A stretch of DNA of 64,000 nt from a plasmid. A program made the position numbers and the translations under genes. The stretch is taken from sequence record NZ_CP088228.1; one strand, 5' to 3'. Under the pieces are notes generated by a model. That model did not search any database. It saw only the letters and a list, made by a program, of their open reading frames with translations, and had not been told where the DNA came from. Shown here one piece after another: positions 8,549 to 17,827 of the stretch (position 1 is the stretch's first letter; the number at the start of each line of letters is the position of its first letter).

Positions 8549-8821
8549 ATGCACACACGAAACGTCAACGTCAAAACCGCCGCTCAAGAATCTTCCAGGA
8601 AGATGGGGGAAGAACAAAACCCTGTTTCTGTCGCACGGGAGTGGGTGGCTCAGGCCACTTCGCTGAAGGCGGGGGTCACCGTCACCCTGTCCGATGCGTC
8701 CCGATACGGCGACGTGCAGGTGGAGATCCGCACCAACGGAACGCTTAACTGGCGCGCCTGGTCGTTTGAACCGGATTTTCTTTTTGAACTGAAACGCAAT
8801 CTGCAATACGTGCAGCTTTAA
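8549..8821 (+). CDS. Hypothetical protein (90 aa) with repeat-encoded N-terminus MHTRNVNVKTAAQES
   Basis: ATG at 8549 preceded by RBS aggagaa; first 15 codons shared with ORFs at 14518 and 17828. Confidence 0.55.
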   Translation: MHTRNVNVKTAAQESSRKMGEEQNPVSVAREWVAQATSLKAGVTVTLSDASRYGDVQVEIRTNGTLNWRAWSFEPDFLFELKRNLQYVQL

Positions 8822-8864
8822 CCGGAGGCCGGATGTCCGGCCTTAACCCAGAGAAGGAGGAAAC

Positions 8865-9230
8865 ATGCAGAACCTTAACACCCGTCCGGCGACCCGTAAG
8901 GTCGGGCAGAGCACCGAAATCGTGAAGCTGCTGCGCATTCAGGCCAGCGACACCCACGTGGTCGAGTTTGACAACGTGGACACCCGATTTAATGACTGCA
9001 ACAACTGGCAGGTGATGGCAGGAGGCAAACGAGTCCTGTTCAGCAACCGCATGTATGAGCGTTTTTCAGATGTGAAATCGGGGATCGTGGCAACGATCAA
9101 CGTTTGTGAAAACAGCGGCAGCGTAACGGATAAAGCGATGCTGGAAGGGGCAAAAGTCATGATGCAGCTTCTTGATGGCTATCCGTCCTTTGGAGCACTG
9201 GCAGCACACCCGAAACGCATTACCGGTTAA
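8865..9230 (+). CDS. Hypothetical protein (121 aa)
   Basis: ORF with RBS gaaggagga; upstream of ParB-like gene. Confidence 0.5.
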   Translation: MQNLNTRPATRKVGQSTEIVKLLRIQASDTHVVEFDNVDTRFNDCNNWQVMAGGKRVLFSNRMYERFSDVKSGIVATINVCENSGSVTDKAMLEGAKVMMQLLDGYPSFGALAAHPKRITG

Positions 9231-9297
9231 CCGGGTGCCGTGACCGGATCGCACTCCGGCCACGGCTAACCACAACTATTACTGAGAGGTAAAAATC

Positions 9298-11310
9298 ATG
9301 GTCGCCACCAATACTACGGCAAAAAAACCAGCCAGGACCACCCGTCAGACAAAATCTGCGGAAAAAATCGCGCAGTCTACCGAGCAGAAGCTCGTCCAGC
9401 TGCTCGCTGATACGCCCGTGCAAATCTTCCCGTACTCCCGCCTGTCACACACTGGCTTAAACACGCGCATCATTCCGCATACCGATCAGGAAGTGGAAGA
9501 GATGGCAGACAGCATTCAGGCAATGGGCATCCTGCAGAACCTGATCGGTGCAGAACTGCCGGACGGTACGATCGGCATTGTCGGCGGGGAAGGTCGCCGC
9601 AGAGGCACAGGCATTCTGGTGATGCGCGGTGTGCTCGATGCGGACACGCCGTTTGTTCCGGTGAAAGTCCTGCCCGTGGAGATGGCTGTGGCGGCCTCGA
9701 TGATCGAGAACGGTCGACGTAAAAACATGCATCCCGCCGAGCAGATTATCGGTTTTCGTACCCTTCAACAGGAAGGTAAAACGGCCTCTCAGATCGGCGC
9801 ACTGATGGGCTACCACCCGCGCCACGTTCAGCGCTGCCTGAAGCTGGCGAATCTTGCCCCCTCCCTGCTGGATGCGCTGGCGCGGGATGCAATCTCCCTT
9901 GAACAGTGTGAAGTCCTGACACTTGCTGATACCCATGAGCGTCAGGAGCAGGTCTGGAAAGAGGCTGTTGAACAGTGGCGCGATCCAGCCGTACAGACTC
10001 TGCGCAGAATGGTGACCGACGACAAGATGGCCATCAGTCACCCGATGTTTGAGTATGTGGGCGAGGAAGCCTATACCGCCGCTGGCGGTACGCTGACCGC
10101 CGACCTGTTCAGCGACAAGGACAGCACCTTTGCCGATGCGGCGCTGGTGAAATCTCTGCTGGCTGGCAAGCTCACCGTGCTCGCCGCTCGCGTTAAGCAG
10201 GAGCAGGGCTGGGGCTGGGCTGAGTTCCGTATGACGGAACTGCGTGCCAGCGGTGAGGACGGTGAACAGTACCGTTTTGCGATGCCGAAAGCTGTCCTGA
10301 CGGAAGAAGAACAGAAGCGCGTCAGTGAGCTGGAAGAACAAATGGAAGCGACTGAAAGCTACGATGACGAATACGCGATTCAGGAGCAGATTGATGATAT
10401 CTACTGCGAGGCGACTTACCGCGAAGCCACGCCGGAATTTCGCGCCGCCCACGGTATCTGGGTGTCATGGGATGGTGACAATTTTCGGGTTCAGCCCGGT
10501 ATCCGCAGGCTGACCGACGAAGACCGGGTAGCTGAAGAACAGGCGCGTCAGGAACGTGAAAGCAATGTGATCAGACACACCACGCCTGACATTCCCGCCG
10601 ACGCTTATCCGGCAACGCTGGTAAAAGCTATGTCAGCCGAACGGACTCTCGCCGTTCAGGCCGAACTGGCGGGGCGTCCCGACGTATCGGTGGCGCTCCT
10701 GACGTGGACACTGTGCCTCAGTATGTTTGACCGCAGCTACGGTAAACGCAGCGAACCGCTGAAAGCCTCCGTGTCCTCGAATCAGTATCACCTTGCATCA
10801 CTGGCTCCATCCGGTGAAGAAGGGAAGGCGCTGACGGCGCTCAAAGCGCAGAAAGAGGCGCTTCAGGCAACGCTGCCCGAAAACTGGCATCTCGATTTCA
10901 CGTGGCTGCTTTCATGGTCAGCGGAGCAGGTGAACACCCTGCTGGGATTCTGTGCCGCGCACGGTATCAACGGTATTCAGGAACGTATGTACAACCATAC
11001 GCAGAAAAGCGAACTGGACGGGCTGGAAGCGGCGCTGGACTTTGACCTGCGCAAATGGTGGCAGCCGGATGCTGAGAGCTACTTCGGCAAGCTCACCATC
11101 GCCCAGATTGGCAAAGCCTACGAAGAAGCCGGACTCAGTGCCCGCGCCGGAGAGATTGTGAAGCTCAAGCGCCGCGATGCGGCGAAGGCCGCCGAGCAGG
11201 ATCTGAATGCTCAGGGCTGGCTGCCTGACTGGATGGTGCGCACATCACCAACCGCTGAGGCTGAAGAAGCCACCGAAACCGACGCTCACACCACTGACCA
11301 CGCTGCTTAA
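9298..11310 (+). CDS. ParB/KorB-like nuclease-domain protein of IncF leading regions (670 aa)
   Basis: N-terminal ParB-like segment (SRLSHTGLNTRIIPH...GILQNLIG...GRRR) and large size typical of the leading-region ParB-like protein that precedes psiB in F-like plasmids. Confidence 0.7.
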   Translation: MVATNTTAKKPARTTRQTKSAEKIAQSTEQKLVQLLADTPVQIFPYSRLSHTGLNTRIIPHTDQEVEEMADSIQAMGILQNLIGAELPDGTIGIVGGEGRRRGTGILVMRGVLDADTPFVPVKVLPVEMAVAASMIENGRRKNMHPAEQIIGFRTLQQEGKTASQIGALMGYHPRHVQRCLKLANLAPSLLDALARDAISLEQCEVLTLADTHERQEQVWKEAVEQWRDPAVQTLRRMVTDDKMAISHPMFEYVGEEAYTAAGGTLTADLFSDKDSTFADAALVKSLLAGKLTVLAARVKQEQGWGWAEFRMTELRASGEDGEQYRFAMPKAVLTEEEQKRVSELEEQMEATESYDDEYAIQEQIDDIYCEATYREATPEFRAAHGIWVSWDGDNFRVQPGIRRLTDEDRVAEEQARQERESNVIRHTTPDIPADAYPATLVKAMSAERTLAVQAELAGRPDVSVALLTWTLCLSMFDRSYGKRSEPLKASVSSNQYHLASLAPSGEEGKALTALKAQKEALQATLPENWHLDFTWLLSWSAEQVNTLLGFCAAHGINGIQERMYNHTQKSELDGLEAALDFDLRKWWQPDAESYFGKLTIAQIGKAYEEAGLSARAGEIVKLKRRDAAKAAEQDLNAQGWLPDWMVRTSPTAEAEEATETDAHTTDHAA

Positions 11311-11347
11311 TACCGGAGGCCGCCGCCTTCGGGCGGCGGGAACAGAC

Positions 11348-11782
11348 ATGACTATGCAATATGACCTGAACCAAATCAACAAACTGACCGCCTCCGACCT
11401 GGAGTTTATCCGTCAGCAGGGCGAGGACGCGCGCCGCGCCCTCAGCGATACCGTGACCGGCCTCCTGTCGACACCAGAAGGATGGCACGTCTGCGCCGAA
11501 TACCGCAGCGAGTTCGGCGGCTTCTTCCCCGTCCAGTGCCGCTTCAGCGCGGACGGCAGCGATGACTGGCATCTGTGCGTGTGCAGCCCCGGCGAAGTCT
11601 CGCCGTACTGGCTTCTGGTACTGCTCTCCTCCGGCGGGGAAGTGGTGCGTACCCTTTACCAGAGTGACACGCTACAGCCTGACCGGATAAGCCAGCTGAT
11701 CGCGCAGCTGGCAGGTATGCGCCGCTTTAACTGCACTGCCCGCACCGTGGCGAACCTGATGAGCGGGGAGGTGACAGCATGA
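11348..11782 (+). CDS. psiB: PsiB, plasmid SOS inhibition protein B
   Basis: 144 aa from ATG 11348; EYRSEFGGFFPVQ...CSPGEVS... matches the PsiB family. Confidence 0.85.
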   Translation: MTMQYDLNQINKLTASDLEFIRQQGEDARRALSDTVTGLLSTPEGWHVCAEYRSEFGGFFPVQCRFSADGSDDWHLCVCSPGEVSPYWLLVLLSSGGEVVRTLYQSDTLQPDRISQLIAQLAGMRRFNCTARTVANLMSGEVTA

Positions 11783-12507
11783 TCCCATCCTCACACGCGC
11801 TCGTTTCCCTGAAGCCCGCCCGTCAGGCTGCAATACAGGCTATCAGCCATGTTGAGTCTGCCCGCGAACGCGGCGCACGACTGCCCGCCATGCCGTATGT
11901 GCGTACCTTTCTGCGTCTTCTCACGGGCAGCGGACGCCTCAACGCCACGGTGGCCAGTAAAATACCTGGCCTGCACTGGGTGCCAAATAACCGTCATTCG
12001 AACCTGAAACAGGTCGAGGAGGCGCTTAACACGATGATCGCCACCAGTGGCGAAGCCTGCCCGCTGCCGCTCACGATTGACGTACAGGCCGAACTGTTTC
12101 CTGAGGTCATGCACACCCGCACGGGTCGACGGCTGCACCGGTCCGGCATTAAGACCACGCGCCAGCTGCGCCGCCAGTCCCGTGAGTACGAACAGCGCTG
12201 GAAACTGCGCCAGAACCTGCTGGAGCAGGCGAAAATTGACCTGAATTTTCAGTCTCCGGAAACCGTCTGCACCTGGTACACCCGGTGGAGCGACGAGTTT
12301 GACGCGGCAGAGCTTGCCGGACCGTTCTGGCGCTGGCAGTCGCGGTTCGCGTCGCTGAAGGAACTTGACTGGCTTCGCATCAGCGGTGAGCCGCTGTATA
12401 CAGTGATGTATGAAATCCCGTTTATTGTCCGGGAAACACCTGAGCATGTTCGTGTCGCTGAACGCTGGCAGGTGCCAAATAAGCTGGCTGACCGGAGCGG
12501 TGTATGA
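11779..12507 (+). CDS. psiA: PsiA, plasmid SOS inhibition protein A
   Basis: 242 aa overlapping psiB stop; size, position and sequence character of PsiA. Confidence 0.75.
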   Translation: MIPSSHALVSLKPARQAAIQAISHVESARERGARLPAMPYVRTFLRLLTGSGRLNATVASKIPGLHWVPNNRHSNLKQVEEALNTMIATSGEACPLPLTIDVQAELFPEVMHTRTGRRLHRSGIKTTRQLRRQSREYEQRWKLRQNLLEQAKIDLNFQSPETVCTWYTRWSDEFDAAELAGPFWRWQSRFASLKELDWLRISGEPLYTVMYEIPFIVRETPEHVRVAERWQVPNKLADRSGV

Positions 12508-12830
12508 AGTGGCGCTATTCCCTGCGCTGGAAATTGCCGCACAAGCCCTGCCCAGGTCTACTGGAGCTGGTTTCAGTTGTCGTGGAGGCAGGGCAGGCGG
12601 CACCTGAGGAGGTGATGGCACGCTGGGTTGCTGGCTCAGGTTACGCTGTTTGCGTGGATTTTCTCGGTCAGAAACAGATCCAGCGCTGGAGCGATGAACG
12701 GAAAGCCGCAGTGAGAAGGCGCAATATGCAGGCACGGATTAATCGTGTTGCCCCTTTGTTTGCCGATGAGTTAATCGAGCGTGAGCTGGCTGCACGTCAG
12801 GCATATTTCAATGGCAAGTCCGCCCGATGA
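12504..12830 (+). CDS. Hypothetical protein (108 aa) coupled to psiA
   Basis: ATGA overlap with psiA stop. Confidence 0.4.
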   Translation: MKWRYSLRWKLPHKPCPGLLELVSVVVEAGQAAPEEVMARWVAGSGYAVCVDFLGQKQIQRWSDERKAAVRRRNMQARINRVAPLFADELIERELAARQAYFNGKSAR

Positions 12831-12885
12831 ATCAGATACAATGTTGTCTGACTGCTCAGACAAAACATATAAGGAAAGCAGAATT

Positions 12886-13260
12886 ATGAGGTACTGGTTG
12901 CTCGTTATCTTCCTGAACGTGCTGTTCTATTTAATCGTTAAGCATGCTGCGCCAGAATGGCATGGTACGCCTGGTTATTATGCAGGCCAGATCATCTGCA
13001 CACTAATAGCTCTGGTCATCACATGGCGTGATCCGCCTGGCTGGTTAGATGAAATCCTGCTCGGCGTAATGAAATACGGAGTTCTGAGTGCCGGGATCAT
13101 CTTCTTTGTCTGGGGCGTCGGGTACAAGCTGGCATTCTGGGGGCAGGGTAATTCTGATGCCGAATTTGTAAGTGCATTTGACGTCATTTTGCCCAATCTT
13201 GCGCTGGTCACGGGCGTAGTGATCGCGGGATGGGGATACCTGAGATATTTCAGGCGATAA
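12886..13260 (+). CDS. Hypothetical small membrane protein (124 aa, 3-4 TM)
   Basis: ATG 12886 with aggaaagcag RBS; hydrophobic segments. Confidence 0.5.
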   Translation: MRYWLLVIFLNVLFYLIVKHAAPEWHGTPGYYAGQIICTLIALVITWRDPPGWLDEILLGVMKYGVLSAGIIFFVWGVGYKLAFWGQGNSDAEFVSAFDVILPNLALVTGVVIAGWGYLRYFRR

Positions 13261-13389
13261 GCAGCATAAAGCGTGGATATACCTGGTAAGAAAGAGCACC
13301 TGCCCGGTATAATCGACGTGGCGCTTGAGGCTTTTTGCCTCATGACGTGAAGGTGGTTTGTTGCCGTGTTGTGTGGCAGAAAGCAGAAA

Positions 13390-13455
13390 GCCCCGTAGTT
13401 AATTTTCATTAACCCACGAGGCCCCCTGTATGTCTCAACAACAACAGTATGGCCT
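13390..13455 (-). ncRNA. sok: Putative Sok-like antisense RNA
   Basis: Inferred from hok/sok family organisation (antisense to hok leader at mok start); not independently visible. Confidence 0.3.
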
Positions 13456-13645
13456 CTTACCGTGCTTAATGCAAGGAGGAGTAAACCATGAAACTGCCGC
13501 GAAACGCCCTTATCTGGTGCGTATTAATCGTGTGTATAACGCTCTTAATATTCACATGCCTGACCCGGAACCGCTTATGCGAACTCCGGCTAAAGGACGG
13601 GGACAGGGAGGTCGCGGCAAGCCTGGCTTACGAATCCAACGGTAA
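13430..13645 (+). CDS. mok: Mok-like overlapping reading frame
   Basis: 71-aa ORF overlapping hok in another frame, as in hok/mok/sok loci. Confidence 0.4.
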   Translation: MSQQQQYGLLPCLMQGGVNHETAAKRPYLVRINRVYNALNIHMPDPEPLMRTPAKGRGQGGRGKPGLRIQR

Positions 13646-13649
13646 GTAG
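13488..13649 (+). CDS. hok: Hok/Gef-family type I toxin
   Basis: [53 protein letters not shown], close match to Hok/FlmA/SrnB; RBS aaggagga. Confidence 0.9.
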   Translation: MKLPRNALIWCVLIVCITLLIFTCLTRNRLCELRLKDGDREVAASLAYESNGK

Positions 13650-13654
13650 CAACC

Positions 13655-13682
13655 TGGAGGCGGGGGAAACCCCGCCTTTTCA
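13655..13682 (+). terminator. Rho-independent terminator after hok
   Basis: ggaggcgggggaaaccccgccttttc stem-loop plus T-run. Confidence 0.7.
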
Positions 13683-13721
13683 GGGCTGAGTTGCTCGGAC
13701 ATGCCTGAAGCGCCTTTATGA

Positions 13722-13754
13722 AGGGGTTGCCGGTTCGCCGGTAGCCCCTTTTTC
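13722..13754 (+). terminator. Second stem-loop/T-run
   Basis: ggggttgccggttcgccggtagcccctttttcc. Confidence 0.55.
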
Positions 13755-13979
13755 CATCCCGAAGGGTGCAGTCGCATGCATGAACAACCCGGAAGGTCTG
13801 TTCCCCTGCGGGGAACGGGGGAAGGGGGACGCGCCTTCGGCGCTGCCCCTCTGCTCCCTCCGCCTTGCCCTCTCTCCTGCCTGATTTTGCTGAAGTCAGC
13901 GCGCCATGAGTTACCTGCCTGTCTCTGGCTTCGGCCTGGTTTTCCCTGTGCTCTTCATCCCGGGCGTTATATCCGGCGT

Positions 13980-14517
13980 CCTGCTGGTTAACTTTCTCAG
14001 CTGCAGCTCAGTGGCCATAACCCAAAAAACGGGCAGGGCGATGGCCCCCTTCGGCTCCCGGCCAGCGCTGCTGTCCGGTCGTCGAGCCCCACTCCGCCAG
14101 GGCGGCCGCTGCGCACCCGCCGGGCTCCGCCGAACCCGCAAGCGGTTTCGGGCTGACGCTAGGGTCTGATGGCGAAGGTCAGGGGCTGCGGCTTCTCCGG
14201 CCGTGCCGTCCGGAACGCCTTCACCGCGCCGGCTGATGCCGTCGCTTTAATGGCGCCACGCCGTTCCGACGTGTCGGGTGTGTGCATCCTGTTCCCCCGG
14301 TGAAGCCATCCCCCGTGCGTCCTCACGCGGAGGGCTGCTTGTAGCACCGTCGTGTCGTCATCCGAAGGGTGAAATGCACTCCGCCAAAACTTTTTGCGTG
14401 CCGCAAAAACTTTCGTCTGCGCCCTTCTTCTGCCGCCCCGCCGTTGCTCCTTTTGCCCTTTGCCGCGAGAGAACTCACCAGGGAGATGGACAACCATCAC
14501 CACAGGAGAAAACCAGG
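13980..14517 (+). repeat. Family A repeat copy 2
   Basis: Aligns with 8074-8548 and 17288-17827. Confidence 0.7.
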
Positions 14518-14832
14518 ATGTACACACAAAACGTCAACGTCAAAACCGCCGCTCAGGAATCTTCCAGGAAGATAGGGGGAAAAACCGTGTCGTACACGTT
14601 CCTCGTCGCTGAGCAGAAAAAAAACTCAGCGGAGGAACCGGACGTTCTGGAGTTCAGCAGCCTGGCTGAGCTGAAGAAACTGCGCAGAAACTGCCCCGAA
14701 ACGATGCGCTGCACCTATTTCTACGCCCTCAGCAGCGGCGTCGATAAACAGTTCCGCCATATCCATGTGGCTGAAGCAGACCACTTCAAACAGTTTGTGC
14801 GCCTGATCGAGCGCGCAGGTATCGACATTTAA
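14518..14832 (+). CDS. Hypothetical protein (104 aa) with repeat-encoded N-terminus MYTQNVNVKTAAQES
   Basis: ATG 14518 after aggagaaaaccagg; diverges from 8549 ORF after about codon 17. Confidence 0.55.
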   Translation: MYTQNVNVKTAAQESSRKIGGKTVSYTFLVAEQKKNSAEEPDVLEFSSLAELKKLRRNCPETMRCTYFYALSSGVDKQFRHIHVAEADHFKQFVRLIERAGIDI

Positions 14833-14892
14833 ATCCGGTTCACCCCGTGCGGCACCCGCCGCACGGAACCTCATCAGACAGGAGCCAGAAAC

Positions 14893-15099
14893 ATGAGCGT
14901 TAACACCCCGACCGCAAAGGCCTGTTCCGGAAATGGGCATATGTCAGGCCCGGAGCCTAAAACAGCCACTCTCATTGCGATTTATGGCAATGAGGCGAGC
15001 TATTCATGGAACGTTCTGGAGGATCTGAAAGCTGCAGGTGCTTCTTATACCCGCAGAAACATTATCGCCGATATGTTCCGCCGTCTGGGCGTTCAGTAA
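14893..15099 (+). CDS. Small hypothetical protein (68 aa)
   Basis: ORF with RBS aggagcc. Confidence 0.4.
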   Translation: MSVNTPTAKACSGNGHMSGPEPKTATLIAIYGNEASYSWNVLEDLKAAGASYTRRNIIADMFRRLGVQ

Positions 15100-15176
15100 C
15101 CCGGATTTTCCTTCGACCCGATGCGGTGCTGTATAGCAGTTACCGCCCGGAACTAAATCAAACAGGAGCCTGAAAG

Positions 15177-15638
15177 ATGAACGTTAATCCTCCGACCGCT
15201 GCACCAATGGCCTTTTTCGTTCCGTCTCATAACGCCGTTTATGACCGCGCAACACAGCTGGACGGGCAGTGGGTGACTCAGCGTGAAGCGAAAACGCTGG
15301 AATCCCTTCGCCGTCTCTATCCGGATGCTGAGCTGATCTCCGCGACTCTGGTACAGGAAAAGCTGAATGACGGCTATCGCCGTCCCTGGGTGGAAATCAC
15401 CGAGGCCCGGTATATCGACCAGCTGGAAACGTTGCCGCCAGTGGACTGGTGCAGGGGGTATGGCGGGGAGTCGTTCAAATCGATGGAGTTTACGGGCGGG
15501 GATGTGACAGCGATTTTTGTCCGGTATGGCGCGCGTTTCTTTGAGTGCCATGACCTGCACACCCGCCATCACCGTGAGCTGATTGGCGACGTGATCGCAC
15601 GTTTCTGTCTCGATGCGTCGCTGAATTCCGCGCATTAA
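15177..15638 (+). CDS. Hypothetical protein (153 aa)
   Basis: ORF with RBS aggagcc. Confidence 0.5.
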   Translation: MNVNPPTAAPMAFFVPSHNAVYDRATQLDGQWVTQREAKTLESLRRLYPDAELISATLVQEKLNDGYRRPWVEITEARYIDQLETLPPVDWCRGYGGESFKSMEFTGGDVTAIFVRYGARFFECHDLHTRHHRELIGDVIARFCLDASLNSAH

Positions 15639-15721
15639 AAAAGCAGGGTTGCCCCTGCTTTCTCAACGCCGTATCTGGCCGACCAAAACGAGATACGGCA
15701 ATCACAACCAAAGTAAGGAGA

Positions 15722-15928
15722 TTGATCGTGAAATTTGACCCGCAAACTGTCGCACAGGCGAAGGCATTTGTAAATGCCCTCCGCGCCGGAAAACGCGCTC
15801 GCGTACCCGCGCTGCGCTTCTCACAGTGGCAGCCGTTCCTGTCCGTGGTAAATGCCGAAACGGGCTACGCCACCGATGCTGACTGTGGTCTGGCTGTCAG
15901 CGTCTACCCGGCGCTTGGACTGGCTTAA
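15722..15928 (+). CDS. Small hypothetical protein (68 aa)
   Basis: ORF with RBS aaggagat. Confidence 0.4.
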   Translation: MIVKFDPQTVAQAKAFVNALRAGKRARVPALRFSQWQPFLSVVNAETGYATDADCGLAVSVYPALGLA

Positions 15929-15968
15929 CAGGAGACGGCCGCCTGCGGGCGGCCGGTAAGGAGAAACC

Positions 15969-16760
15969 ATGTCACAACTGAGTTTTGAATCCCTGTTCCT
16001 GGCCGACCAGGCTGATCCGCAGCCGCGGGCTTCCGCACCGGCCCGGATGCTGTCGCCAGCTGAGGCGCGTAAAGAATTCGCCAGTGTCTTCCGTCAGATG
16101 GCGAAAAATATGCGCCGTTCCGAAGTGTTCCGCGACTTCATCACCCTCGCAGCCAGCGAGCTGGATATGGCCCGTATTCGCTCGCCGGAGAACATCGAAA
16201 ACAGCCGTCGCATCTGCGAACGGTATAAGCCGGACGATCTGGACGCCATGAAGCAGCTGTTCTGCCTGTTGGTGGAGGGGCTGGCGGGTGAAATTCATGA
16301 TTTCCTCGGCGCTCTGTATATGGAGCAGGAGCTGGGCGCGGACGAAATGGGGCAGTATTTCTCCCCGTCCTGCATCTCCCGCATGATGGCCGGACTACTC
16401 ATGCCCGGCGCTCAGGAGACGATAAAGCGTGAGGGGTGGATGACGCTCGATGAGCCTGCCTGTGGTAGCGCCGGAATGGTCATTGCCTTTGCATACTGGA
16501 TGGCTGAAGCGGGATATAACCCTTCACAACAGCTGTATGCCACCTGCACTGACATCGATCCAATGGTGGCAGATATGGCCTTTATCCAGCTGGCACTGCT
16601 GGGTATACCCGCGAAAGTCGTGACCGGTAATACGCTGACCCTGAAAGCGAACCGAGTGCGTTACACCCCTGTTTATTACTTCAATGACTGGCAGGGCCGT
16701 CTGGCATTTCGCAGTCGTCTGGATGCAATGAAAAAATTTCTGGCCACCGTGGCCGCCTGA
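15969..16760 (+). CDS. HsdM-like gamma-class N6-adenine methyltransferase-related protein lacking catalytic motif IV
   Basis: 263 aa; motif X-like GQYFSPS and motif I LDEPACGSAGMV as in type I HsdM, then YATCTDIDPMVADMAFIQLALLGI; no NPPF/Y-type motif before stop. Confidence 0.6.
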   Translation: MSQLSFESLFLADQADPQPRASAPARMLSPAEARKEFASVFRQMAKNMRRSEVFRDFITLAASELDMARIRSPENIENSRRICERYKPDDLDAMKQLFCLLVEGLAGEIHDFLGALYMEQELGADEMGQYFSPSCISRMMAGLLMPGAQETIKREGWMTLDEPACGSAGMVIAFAYWMAEAGYNPSQQLYATCTDIDPMVADMAFIQLALLGIPAKVVTGNTLTLKANRVRYTPVYYFNDWQGRLAFRSRLDAMKKFLATVAA

Positions 16761-16802
16761 CTGACAGAGCGGCAGGGCAGACCTGCCGCAGGGAGAGAGA
16801 AA

Positions 16803-17138
16803 ATGACAAGCAACACACTGAACGCTGTTCCGGCCACCGTGCTGGAGACGATGGCAGAACGCCTGCAAGGCCAGGCTGAACCGATAAAAATCCGCAGCAA
16901 CGACGATCACGCCGCGCTGGCTGCAGATGTGCTCTGGAAATTTGCCCGTAAAACCGGGCTGAACAGGGAAAGCGAAAGCGTGCAAACTGTCATCACGGAT
17001 TTTCTGGCCAATCTGCTGCACCTGTGCGAACAGTGCGAGCCGGACGGGGCTGGCATCGAGGGATTTAATGCCCTGCTGAACATGGCCATGATGCACTATG
17101 AGCAGGAAAACGGAGGGGACAGCGAAGAACCTGTTTGA
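16803..17138 (+). CDS. Hypothetical protein (111 aa)
   Basis: ORF with RBS gggagagagaaaATG. Confidence 0.45.
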   Translation: MTSNTLNAVPATVLETMAERLQGQAEPIKIRSNDDHAALAADVLWKFARKTGLNRESESVQTVITDFLANLLHLCEQCEPDGAGIEGFNALLNMAMMHYEQENGGDSEEPV

Positions 17139-17287
17139 TCGGGAGTCTGTGCCCTGATGGATACCATCAGGGCAACCGCAAAAAAACGCATCCCCTTCGG
17201 GGAAACGGGGAGGGCGAAAGCGCCTCCGGCGCTCCTGCCGTTCCCCGTTGCTGTGCTTCACTCCTTACCTGCGAGCATAGCCAGCAT

Positions 17288-17827
17288 CCTGCTGGTTAAC
17301 TTTCTCTGCTGCAGCTCAGTGGCCATAACCTGAAAACAGGGCAGGGTGATGGCCCCCTTCGGCTCCCGGCCAGCGCTGCTGTCCGGTCGTCGAGCCCCAC
17401 TCCGCCAGGGCGGCCGCTGCGCACCCGCCAGGCTCCGCCGAACCCCTTCGGGTTTCGGGCCATACGGCTAGGGTCTGATGGCGAAGGTCAAAGGCTGCGG
17501 CTTCTCCGGCCGTGCCGTCCGGAACGCCTTCACCGCGCCGGCTGATGCCGTCGCTTTAAGGCCGCCACGCCGTTCCGACGTGTCGGGTGTGTGCATCCTG
17601 TTCCCCCGGTGAAGCCATCCCCCGTGTGTCCTCACGCGGAGGGCTGCTTGTAGCACCGTCGGGTCGTCATCCAAGGGGTGAAATGCACTCCGCCAAAACT
17701 TTTTGCGTGCCGCAAAAACTTTAGTCTCCGCCCCTTTCCTTCCGCCCTTCGCCGTTGCTCCTTTGCCCTTTGCCGCGAGAGAACTCACCAGGGAGATGGA
17801 CAACCATCACCACAGGAGAAAACCAGG
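17288..17827 (+). repeat. Family A repeat copy 3
   Basis: Aligns with copies 1 and 2. Confidence 0.7.

Noticed and set aside
8193-8558. Minus-strand ORFs of 110-120 aa inside each family-A repeat (also 14159-14527 and 17468-17803), conserved between copies
   Set aside because: Their conservation is explained by the repeat itself. The sequence is extremely GC-rich and the ORFs lack RBS context, so they are most likely non-coding frames of a structured DNA element.
9457-10452. 331-aa minus-strand ORF inside the ParB-like gene
   Set aside because: It is antisense to a well-supported plus-strand gene in GC-rich DNA and has a low-complexity composition.
11791-12735. 314-aa minus-strand ORF antisense to psiA
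   Set aside because: Arg/Ala/Pro-rich composition typical of an antisense frame in GC-rich coding DNA; psiA on the plus strand is well supported.
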